A DNA stretch of 64,000 bases, taken from Candidatus Magasanikiibacteriota bacterium. Lineage in GTDB: Bacteria > Patescibacteriota > Patescibacteriia > Magasanikbacterales > GWA2-37-8. Of the stretch, positions 56,443-64,000 are shown in pieces (positions within the stretch are counted from its first letter, which is position 1; every line of letters starts with the position of its first letter). The notes beneath the pieces are model-generated. The model saw only the letters and a list, made by a program, of their open reading frames with translations, was not told the origin of the DNA and ran no database searches. The translations under genes and the position numbers were made by a program. Location of the stretch: the NCBI GenBank assembly GCA_023246655.1, contig JAHFHX010000004.1, forward strand, positions 2,762 through 66,761, read 5' to 3'.

Positions 56443-56646
56443 TGCCTCCTGTTTTTGCAGCATTAAAAAACCGCCCAAGAGGGGCGGCGGTGATTTCTTT
56501 AAAAAAATTTATCTACAGAAATCAAAGCTGCCACTCTTGGGTGAGAGGGGCCTTCTTTGATTTGGTTGTGTTCGCAAATAGCGAGTAGTTCGTTTGCATA
56601 TGTATATAGTTATCTTATCAACTGTAATTGGTATTGTCAAATTATT

Positions 56647-57006
56647 TTAACGACGACGTGTAGAAGACCCTCGGTAATGGGCAAAATCTTCGGGACGAAG
56701 ATAGGCGTCGTCATCTCCTAAGAGATGATCACGCCGGTCATCAATGGCTGCACTCATCGCAGCAGATTGATCTCTTCGCAAACGTTTTTTTGCTTCAAGC
56801 CCCTCTTGTTCTAAACGTTTTTTCCTAAGTCTGCTTGTAGCAGCGCCAAAATAATTCCTCCTCAGGTGTTCCATCTTTCCTAGTGGAACTCCATCCAGCA
56901 CTCGGCCAACCGCTGCACTGTCAATGAGCTTAAGTTTGTCTTGGAGCCGTTTAGCTTCCGCAACAATTTTATCAATAATGGTTGGATCAAGTGTCGGCAT
57001 ATACAA
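56647..57006 (-). CDS. hypothetical protein
   Basis: A 119-aa ORF. Confidence 0.35.
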   Translation of the reverse strand: MYMPTLDPTIIDKIVAEAKRLQDKLKLIDSAAVGRVLDGVPLGKMEHLRRNYFGAATSRLRKKRLEQEGLEAKKRLRRDQSAAMSAAIDDRRDHLLGDDDAYLRPEDFAHYRGSSTRRR

Positions 57007-57022
57007 TCACTATAGGGAATTT

Positions 57023-57832
57023 TTACCGTGAGGTCAAATAGTAATTCTGTTCTTTTTTAGAAAATTTTTCAATGGCATATCGTAGCATGGTGCGGGGCAT
57101 TGTTTGATGATGGTGGTTAAGGAATTTTTTTAGCGTCGGCGGCGATTTTTTTCCCACTTCGCGTAGCATCCAGCCGCAGGCTTTCTGAATCAGATCGTGT
57201 TTGTCAGTGAGGAGGAGTTTGGAAATTTTGAGCGTTTCGTCAAAATGATTCGCGCGGATGAAAGCAAAGGTAGCAACGATGGCAATGCGACGTTCCCAGA
57301 GGTTGGTGGAGCGGGCGAGGGTGACGAGGACAGCCAACCGCGGCCGAACCCCCCTCTCTATCTCCCCCCTATAAGGGGGGAGAGGGCCATCAATGCCCTC
57401 CCCTACAAGGGGAGGGACGGAGGGCGGGGTTTTCGTCTCGCGCATTTGGTTGAGTAAGTACTCGCCGACAATCTGCGGGGCGGAGGTGTCGACTAAATCC
57501 CAATTGTTAATTCGTTTGGTGTTTTTGAGGTAGAAGTTGTAAATTTTTTTCTTCTGTTTATTATCCCCGATTTGAAATTGACGTACCAGGATGATAAGGC
57601 CAGTGAAACGCTCCTCATGAACTTTTGATTTGAGTAGTTTTTGTATGTCGGCGAGTGAAAGATCGTAAAATTTTTTGGCGATGGTTCGTTGCTTCGGTAC
57701 GGTGAGCCCAAGAAATAGGTCGCCATGGCCGTATTCACCCGGTGCGGTTTTAAAAAAGCCAGCATAGATTTTGGCTTTGGTGGGGTTGGCATGGGAGCGA
57801 AGAATTTTTTTGAGTTCGGTGAGATAATACAT
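57023..57832 (-). CDS. AlkD-like HEAT-repeat DNA alkylation repair glycosylase carrying a family-B insertion
   Basis: The sequence MYYLTELKKILRSHANPTKAKIYAGFFKT...NNWDLVD matches AlkD. The segment RETKTPPSVPPLVGEGIDGPLPPYRGEIERGVRPRL is encoded by tandem GC hairpins. Confidence 0.7.
   Translation of the reverse strand: MYYLTELKKILRSHANPTKAKIYAGFFKTAPGEYGHGDLFLGLTVPKQRTIAKKFYDLSLADIQKLLKSKVHEERFTGLIILVRQFQIGDNKQKKKIYNFYLKNTKRINNWDLVDTSAPQIVGEYLLNQMRETKTPPSVPPLVGEGIDGPLPPYRGEIERGVRPRLAVLVTLARSTNLWERRIAIVATFAFIRANHFDETLKISKLLLTDKHDLIQKACGWMLREVGKKSPPTLKKFLNHHHQTMPRTMLRYAIEKFSKKEQNYYLTSR
57345..57435. repeat. family-B tandem GC hairpins (CCCCCCTCTCTATCTCCCCCCTATAAGGGGGGAGAGGG...CCCTCCCCTACAAGGGGAGGG)
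   Basis: A GC island inside an AT-rich gene. Confidence 0.8.
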
Positions 57833-57844
57833 GACAAGGACCCC

Positions 57845-58708
57845 TTATTCTTGGCTCGGATAAATTAATTTTCCATTATATGTCCCTCCAGCAGTATCTG
57901 GTTTGCGATCAATTTCGGTGTTGTTGGTGTTCGGTCCACAATCAGGACTCACCGGGGCAAATTCGAGACGGTTGTTTTCGATGGTCGGCTTAGCACCCTC
58001 CTCACAGTTTACGCCGAGCTGAGAATCGTGGAGAAAATTATTTTTAATGATGGTTCCCTGCGCTTTTTTTATTCCAATCGCCTGGTGCCAGCAGTGGTAG
58101 ACTTCGTTATTTTCAATCCGAACATTGGAAGAGTAAGTATCAATACAACTCCAGAGATTATCGTGCACGCGGCTATTGGTGATGCTGACGTTTGTACCTT
58201 CAATGTTGATGCCGTTGTGAGAATAGCTGAGTTCGACATGGTCGAGTTTGCTTCCACTCGCGAGCACCAATTCATCCCAGTCAGCATATTCGGCCTTAGT
58301 TTGGGCGGAAGTAAAAATAATTGGTTGCTCCTTGGTACCAAGGGCAATGACTTTACCATAGATTTCAAAATGCGATTCATTATATCCCTCGTGGCCAGTG
58401 GGATCATTATGTTTAGTAATAAAATCATCGGCCCATTTAGTCCACGGAGTATTGGGGATATCGGAATTTTTTTCAAACAAAATCTTAGTCCCTGGTTCAA
58501 TTGTTAATGTTGTCCAAGGGGCGAAGTGGACATCTCCAATAATATGAATAGTACCACTCCAGATTTCGGAGCGATGATGTAGACCGGAGCGGGTGGTATT
58601 GTGGACGCGAGCAGGGAAGAGTATTAACCCAGCTATGATAATTACAATCGCGAGCGGGAGTAAGATGAGAGCAGTAATTATTTTGTGATGTGAGAAAAAT
58701 TGGGGCAT
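57845..58708 (-). CDS. secreted parallel beta-helix repeat protein
   Basis: A signal anchor is followed by PbH1-like repeats. Confidence 0.5.
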   Translation of the reverse strand: MPQFFSHHKIITALILLPLAIVIIIAGLILFPARVHNTTRSGLHHRSEIWSGTIHIIGDVHFAPWTTLTIEPGTKILFEKNSDIPNTPWTKWADDFITKHNDPTGHEGYNESHFEIYGKVIALGTKEQPIIFTSAQTKAEYADWDELVLASGSKLDHVELSYSHNGINIEGTNVSITNSRVHDNLWSCIDTYSSNVRIENNEVYHCWHQAIGIKKAQGTIIKNNFLHDSQLGVNCEEGAKPTIENNRLEFAPVSPDCGPNTNNTEIDRKPDTAGGTYNGKLIYPSQE

Positions 58709-58711
58709 AAG

Positions 58712-59323
58712 TTACTTTCTAAAAAAGACAACGCTTGTATAGACCATACTAATTGCGAAGTAGACAAATATGAGAGCAAAAATTTTAAAGATAACTGGAA
58801 TGGCTTTGGGGTGAGATAATATTTTTCTAAAGCGTGAAAAAATAAAGGCAACGCCAGCAGTGGAAATAAACCAGCCAATTTCCACAAGAAGCAGAAAAAT
58901 TAAATTGCCGAGCGGTAGTTGTTGGTTCAACAGTATTGCTTTGGGGATGCACACTGTAATCCAATAGGTCCAGAGTACACCATTAGCAAGAATCATGCCG
59001 GCGATTTTCCAAAAACTAAAATACACTTTTTCTTCGGTATCCAGTTTTTTTATTTTCCAAATGGAAGTGGCAATCCAAACAAGGATACCGGCGCCAAAAA
59101 AAGAGAGACCACGAAAAACGGACTCTGGCAGGCTGAGCGCTGATAAGGCAATGAGGCTCGCGAGTGCCACGGCAGTCTCCGTAGCCATGGCGAGGGTGAT
59201 TATGCGAAAACTTTTCCAAAATCCATTCTGCAGTATCTCAGTAAAGGTGGCGGTGAGGACGGGCCCAGGGATTAAGCCGCCAATGAGACCTAAGACCAGA
59301 GCGCTGAGAAGCTCGTTGAGCAT
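58712..59323 (-). CDS. LysE/RhtB-family amino-acid exporter
   Basis: The N-terminus reads LGLIGGLIPGPV and the protein has six TM helices. Confidence 0.6.
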   Translation of the reverse strand: MLNELLSALVLGLIGGLIPGPVLTATFTEILQNGFWKSFRIITLAMATETAVALASLIALSALSLPESVFRGLSFFGAGILVWIATSIWKIKKLDTEEKVYFSFWKIAGMILANGVLWTYWITVCIPKAILLNQQLPLGNLIFLLLVEIGWFISTAGVAFIFSRFRKILSHPKAIPVIFKIFALIFVYFAISMVYTSVVFFRK

Positions 59324-59348
59324 AGGTATTTAATCGTTTTTAGTTGAT

Positions 59349-59732
59349 TTATTTTTTAATTTCACACCTCCCTCTGTGTCCAAACAGCTGTGATAAAAAA
59401 ATGCGGTGGTGCGCAATGAAACGGTAACAGGCTTCGCATAGCATGGCAAAACCGGGGAGATGGTGGTACATAGAGAGGAAGGATTGGTAATGTCCGGCCA
59501 GCGCGAAGGCGTGGAGAACGGCGGCGGCACCGCTCACAGTTTCTCCATTGATGGAAATTAGTTGTACTGCTTTCTGGCACGCGGCCTTGGAAATTTGGGG
59601 GAAATCGGCGTGGCGTTCTTGGTAGGGCGCATAGTCAATCGCGGTGCTAGTTTTTGCACGCCAATGGTTAGTCCAGTGCTGGCAAAAGGCGCAGTCGCCG
59701 TCGTAGAGCATGAGAGGTTTTGTGAGGAACAT
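59349..59732 (-). CDS. DCC-type thiol-disulfide oxidoreductase (DUF393)
   Basis: The sequence LYDGDCAFCQHW is present. The start is set at the internal Met downstream of the GC-hairpin repeat. Confidence 0.6.
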   Translation of the reverse strand: MFLTKPLMLYDGDCAFCQHWTNHWRAKTSTAIDYAPYQERHADFPQISKAACQKAVQLISINGETVSGAAAVLHAFALAGHYQSFLSMYHHLPGFAMLCEACYRFIAHHRIFLSQLFGHRGRCEIKK

Positions 59733-59763
59733 ATTATTTTTGAGAGGGGGCGGTGGTGAAAAT

Positions 59764-59815
59764 CCCCGCTTGAGCGGGGTGGCCCGCGTCGCAGCGGGAC
59801 CGGGGGTGTGTGAGC
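59764..59815. repeat. family-B element (CCCCGCTTGAGCGGGG...GGGGGTGTGTGAGCG)
   Basis: The same two sub-motifs as at 47228-47400, in opposite orientation. Confidence 0.75.
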
Positions 59816-59912
59816 GTTCCATCCGTAGGCTCAAAGGATGTAATTTTTTTGTCCGCGGATGTTTTTTGATCTTTGTTTTGCTACAATCTAAGGTGGCGTT
59901 CAAGATTGGTTA

Positions 59913-61754
59913 TTATGTTCGCCCTCCACACTTTGCTTCGGCCGCATCTAAGGGTTTGAGTCGTGCATTCATATTATTTTCATCATCCTTCATAATTTTG
60001 TCGGTGGTATCTCGCAAAGCATCGGTGGTGATGGTAGCTTGGGCACCGCAATCGCTTTTAGCATCGTCTGTGGTGGCGTTCGCGATACACTGGTCGCGTT
60101 GTTTTACAGCGTAGTCGACCGCGTTGAAGTGGAGGAGATCGATAACGTGAAGATTGTATCGGCGAATGTCTTCCAGTTTCGTCCGAGCCCGGTCAAGGAC
60201 GCTGCACTGGGCACTAGTGAGTTTGGGGTAGGGCAAGAGTTTCCCGTTGACATCATCCGGGAAATTAGTGTCGGTGTAGGTTGGGATTTGAGAGGGCACC
60301 CCGGAGCTTACCGGGACAGGCGTGTCGGCATTTTTTTCTGGCGGGTTATTTTTTGGAGTAGTTGGTTTTGGTTCTGGCGTGTTAGGGGTGCTTAATTTTT
60401 CGGTGGGTGGAAGTTCGGCAACACTGCCGCATTTTTTTTGCAGTTCATCTAGATAGTGTAAATCTTTTTCCTCTTTTGCAAGCGCCTTGGCTATCGCATC
60501 GGTGAGAATGGTTTCGAGTTGTTTGAGGTTAGCGCGGTAATTCGTTTGGCATTCTTCTTTATCTGAATATCGATCAGAGATACATTCTTGGTAGGCTTTG
60601 CTCGCCACCTTGAGCGCGGCTTTGTGCGCTTTTTCGGCGGCGTCGGTTCGGTCAATAAATTCATCTTTTACATAGAGGCGGAAATCACGGATGGTGGCGC
60701 AGGTGGCTTTGGTTACGTCCACTTCGCCAATTGGGTCATTCTCGCCGTCGCCGCCAGGAAAACTCATGCCGGTTTTTTTCTTACAGAATTCCGCCAATTT
60801 ATCTAAGTAATCCAAATTTTTATTGCGGACGTTGTTTTCTGTTTCCATGTCATCCACGTATTGTGAAAGTAATTTGCTGGTATACTCATCGTACTTTGCC
60901 GTGCAGGTTTTTTTATCGTCGGCATTTTTGGCGTTTGCCAAGCAGCTCTTGAGAGCGTCTTTATAAACTTTTGTTCCTTCGGTGTAGAGTTCCTCGAGGA
61001 TTTTACTGTTGTGTTTAAAAACACTTTCCACCAGCCGCTGGGTGGCGCGGATTTCTGGGCAGGTAGTTTTGGAGACGTCTACGTGTGGGAGTGAGTGGTG
61101 CGGATCCCAGACAGGCGTGCCCGGGTCGTTGGGCGGCGGATTCTTTTTGGGAGCGGCACATTTTTTTTGCAGCTCATCTAAATATTTTGTGTCGGCATCA
61201 TGCTTTTTGGCGAGCCAATCTAATTCCTTGGCCATTTCTTGTTTGGCTTGGGAGAGCATGCGTTCGTGGGCTTCATAACATTCCCACTCTTTGGGAATAA
61301 ATTCTTGCCCTTTGCCTCTATCCTGGCTTTGCTTGTAGCAGGCATCCCATTTGTCTTTGGCGGCTTTATAATCCGCGTTGGCTTGTTTGTCCGATAAATT
61401 TTTGGCGGCTTTGTCGTAGGCTTGTTGTACGTTGTTCCATTCATCGTCGCAACTCTTGGCGTCGGAGCGGAGTTGACTCACCAATAAACATTGTTGCAGT
61501 TGTCTTTCGGAATATTTTTTGGTTTCGTCGTAAGCTTGTTGCACTAATTTTTTGTTGTAGGCATAAGCACCCTCCACTTGTTTGCGGAAGGACTTGATGG
61601 TGAGGCATTTAGCTTGCGTTACGTCCACGAGACGATAATCCAGGCGTGGCCCCTCGTCGGCTTTGGTGGTGTGGGGGAGGAGAAAGACGAGGGTGAGAAT
61701 TAATAAGAGGCTCGCAGGGGTGAACCAACGAGGGAGAGTAGAGAGGTGGGGCAT
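59913..61754 (-). CDS. secreted protein with repeated Cys-containing helical modules (LprI/DUF1311-like)
   Basis: A signal peptide is present. Modules with paired Cys recur, e.g. CDDEWNNVQQAYDKAAK, CTAKYDEYTSK and ECQTNYRANLKQ. Confidence 0.5.
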   Translation of the reverse strand: MPHLSTLPRWFTPASLLLILTLVFLLPHTTKADEGPRLDYRLVDVTQAKCLTIKSFRKQVEGAYAYNKKLVQQAYDETKKYSERQLQQCLLVSQLRSDAKSCDDEWNNVQQAYDKAAKNLSDKQANADYKAAKDKWDACYKQSQDRGKGQEFIPKEWECYEAHERMLSQAKQEMAKELDWLAKKHDADTKYLDELQKKCAAPKKNPPPNDPGTPVWDPHHSLPHVDVSKTTCPEIRATQRLVESVFKHNSKILEELYTEGTKVYKDALKSCLANAKNADDKKTCTAKYDEYTSKLLSQYVDDMETENNVRNKNLDYLDKLAEFCKKKTGMSFPGGDGENDPIGEVDVTKATCATIRDFRLYVKDEFIDRTDAAEKAHKAALKVASKAYQECISDRYSDKEECQTNYRANLKQLETILTDAIAKALAKEEKDLHYLDELQKKCGSVAELPPTEKLSTPNTPEPKPTTPKNNPPEKNADTPVPVSSGVPSQIPTYTDTNFPDDVNGKLLPYPKLTSAQCSVLDRARTKLEDIRRYNLHVIDLLHFNAVDYAVKQRDQCIANATTDDAKSDCGAQATITTDALRDTTDKIMKDDENNMNARLKPLDAAEAKCGGRT

Positions 61755-61939
61755 ATTTTAAAAAGATTAAATGTGATGCGGATATTATATCATAAAGATG
61801 AGAAAATGATTATTGGGGAAACAAAAAACACCGTCCACCTACTGTATCGCCATATTATATAGAAATACAGTAGGCAGTGCGAACGGTGTTCTGTTGCGCT
61901 CTGCCGTTTTCATGTCTCCCTCGAAGGAAACGATTTTTC

Positions 61940-63817
61940 TTATTTTACTTTTCGTTCGCGTTTGGGGATTTTGAGGGAGATTTTGGTTTGGAGATTGTGA
62001 TTATTACAGTAAGTGATGATGGCGGAAACGAAAGGTTGGCCGTATTTTGATGTTTTTAAATCACCGAAGCCGGAGATTTTGCGGATGTCGGTGAGGGTCA
62101 TTGGTAGATACGTCGCGAGTTCGAGAATGGTGGCGTCGGAAAAAATTAAATACGGGGGAACATTTTCGGCGCGGGCGAGATTCGTACGGATGAGTTTGAG
62201 GTTGGTGAATAATTCTGGTTCGTGGGGGATGTGTTCTCCCTCCCCCCGATGGCCCCCCTCGGGCAGGGGGGCAGACGAAGCTCGTACAGCCGTTTTTATC
62301 AACATCACGGTTTCTTTCCCTTGTAGCACTGGGACACTTTTTTCCGTGAGCTTCAAAACTGGATACTCAACGCCACCGACACGGAGGCAGCCGAGACCCA
62401 CGAGGTCTTTGAGATAGCGGAGCCAGAGTTCTTTGGGAATATCGGCGCCGGCGCCGTAGGTTTTGAGGGCGCGATGCTCTTCTTTCATTTTCTCTGATTT
62501 GGAACCGCGGAGAAAATCGGCAACATAGTGGAGGCCGTATTGACCTTCGAGGCGTGCGACGGCGGAGAGGGCTTTTTGGGCAATGAGGGTGCCATCGAAG
62601 CGTTCCACTTCGGTGAGACAACTATCGCAGCTGGCGCAGGCGTTGGGAGCGGTTTCGCCAAAATAATTTAAGAGTAGTTTTCTCCGGCACTCACGACTTT
62701 CGCCGTAGGCCATCATTTGGTTGAGTTTTTTGAGGAGGACGGTGTTTTGTTCTGGATTATTTTCAATTTGTATAAATTTTTTTAATTTCATCACGTCTCC
62801 GGCGCCGTAGAAAAGCAGAGCGTCGCTTTTGAGCCCATCGCGTCCAGCCCGCCCGGTTTCTTGGTAGTAGCTTTCAATATTTTTGGGAAGGTCGACGTGA
62901 ATTACGAATCGTACGTTGGATTTGTTGATGCCCATGCCGAAAGCGATCGTGGCCACAATTATTTTTATTTCGTCTTTAATAAAGAGCTCTTGGTTGGCGC
63001 GCCGTGTTTCGGGGCTCAGACCCGCGTGGTACGGGCGGACGGAGAAACCTTGGAGATCAAGATTGTTAGCCAGATTCTCGGCCGAGGCACGCGAGAGTGT
63101 GTAGATGATACCGGAATCGTCCTTGTGATTGTCTAGATAGTTTGCTAGGCGCGCAGTGAGGTTGCGTTTGGGTTCTACAAAATAGTGAATGTTAGGGCGG
63201 TTGAAGCTAGCGACAAAAATTTCCGGATTTTTGAGGTGCAATTTTTCAATAATATCACGCCGTGTTATGTCGTCCGCTGTGGCAGTGAGGGCAATGGTGG
63301 GGGCGGTTGGAAAAAAATTTTTGAGTTCAGAAAGCAGGCGATACTCAGGACGGAAATCGTGACCCCAGTGCGAGATGCAGTGCGCTTCATCAATTGCAAA
63401 AAGTGAGATGTTGAGGGTTTGTAAAAAATCTAAAAATTCTCCGTTTGCCCCAAGGAGGCGTTCCGGCGCGACGTAAAGAAGTTTCAGTTCGTTGTTGCGG
63501 AGTTGGTCAAACACCCGTCTGCGTTCGTCGGTGGAGAGCGTGGAATTTAAAAACGCCGCTGGGATACCCATAAGGCGTAAGGCGTCTACCTGGTCTTTCA
63601 TGAGGGCGATGAGAGGCGAGATAACCACGGTAAGGCCAGGGAAGATAAGCGCCGGGAGCTGGTAACAGAGGGATTTACCGCCGCCGGTTGGCATCACGGC
63701 CACAACGTCTTTTTGATTGAGAACAGTATTGACAATGGTTTCTTGATCGTGACGGAAGGAATCGTAGCCGAATTTGGTTTGGAGCAATTGGAGAACTGGA
63801 GACATAGTGTTTGTCAT
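61940..63817 (-). CDS. recQ: ATP-dependent DNA helicase RecQ carrying a family-B insertion
   Basis: Helicase motifs I (MPTGGGKS) and II (DEAH), the RQC zinc Cys cluster, and the HRDC domain are present. The extra segment SSAPLPEGGHRGEGEHIPHE is encoded by a GC hairpin. Confidence 0.85.
   Translation of the reverse strand: MTNTMSPVLQLLQTKFGYDSFRHDQETIVNTVLNQKDVVAVMPTGGGKSLCYQLPALIFPGLTVVISPLIALMKDQVDALRLMGIPAAFLNSTLSTDERRRVFDQLRNNELKLLYVAPERLLGANGEFLDFLQTLNISLFAIDEAHCISHWGHDFRPEYRLLSELKNFFPTAPTIALTATADDITRRDIIEKLHLKNPEIFVASFNRPNIHYFVEPKRNLTARLANYLDNHKDDSGIIYTLSRASAENLANNLDLQGFSVRPYHAGLSPETRRANQELFIKDEIKIIVATIAFGMGINKSNVRFVIHVDLPKNIESYYQETGRAGRDGLKSDALLFYGAGDVMKLKKFIQIENNPEQNTVLLKKLNQMMAYGESRECRRKLLLNYFGETAPNACASCDSCLTEVERFDGTLIAQKALSAVARLEGQYGLHYVADFLRGSKSEKMKEEHRALKTYGAGADIPKELWLRYLKDLVGLGCLRVGGVEYPVLKLTEKSVPVLQGKETVMLIKTAVRASSAPLPEGGHRGEGEHIPHEPELFTNLKLIRTNLARAENVPPYLIFSDATILELATYLPMTLTDIRKISGFGDLKTSKYGQPFVSAIITYCNNHNLQTKISLKIPKRERKVK
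62237..62277. repeat. family-B GC hairpin inside recQ
   Basis: CTCCCTCCCCCCGATGGCCCCCCTCGGGCAGGGGGG. Confidence 0.8.
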
Positions 63818-64000
63818 AATAACAGATTTTGGAGGAAAAAACTACGCCTTGAAATATTATGATAAAGGAGTATTATAGGGTCGGGCTATTTACGTATTAA
63901 TTTTACCAATTATGGTTCACCCATTACAAAAAACTGCTCAAAAAATTTTAGATCTCGCCGATATCAAAATTAACGGCGACCGCCCGTGGGACATTGCTGT

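Overview
The window has the compact architecture of a low-GC, streamlined bacterial chromosome, mostly coded on the minus strand. This is possibly a Patescibacteria/CPR-like lineage, but that is inference only and no taxonomic search was run. It contains a replication-origin neighbourhood: rpmH-rnpA on the minus strand, dnaA-dnaN on the plus strand, and DnaA-box 9-mers in both flanking intergenic regions. Other recognisable genes include an nrdA-nrdB ribonucleotide reductase operon with a structured palindromic leader, uppS, a TPP enzyme, tRNA-Ala(UGC), ahcY, a histidine ammonia-lyase-like gene, a threonine-biosynthesis cluster (AK-HSD, asd, a P-loop kinase, thrC), recQ, an alkD-like gene, a GT4 glycosyltransferase, an O-antigen-ligase-family gene, and several NUDIX hydrolases. 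Most other genes are small hypotheticals.

Five things stand out. (1) A roughly 90-150 bp nested-palindrome repeat family (GTCATCCCGAGCGAGGC...GGAATGACA) occurs at six or more sites. It is read through in-frame inside a PfkB kinase and twice inside the GT4 glycosyltransferase, each time in a different frame. One copy is split by a GIY-YIG nuclease gene sitting between the ATPase and permease genes of an ABC transporter. (2) A second family of GC-rich hairpin repeats (CCCCCCT..AGGGGGG plus GGGGGTGTGAGC) is inserted in-frame in the O-antigen ligase, alkD and recQ genes. As about 35-bp inverted repeats it brackets a DUF559 (Vsr-like) endonuclease gene wedged inside the threonine operon. (3) The O-antigen-ligase-family gene carries four different 7-8 nt microsatellite tracts. 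Their unit lengths are not multiples of three, so the gene looks like a phase-variable contingency locus. (4) At least seven single-gene islands of about 60% GC lie in a roughly 42% GC background. (5) A shikimate-kinase-fold P-loop protein sits where homoserine kinase would be in the threonine operon. No CRISPR array or rRNA gene was seen.
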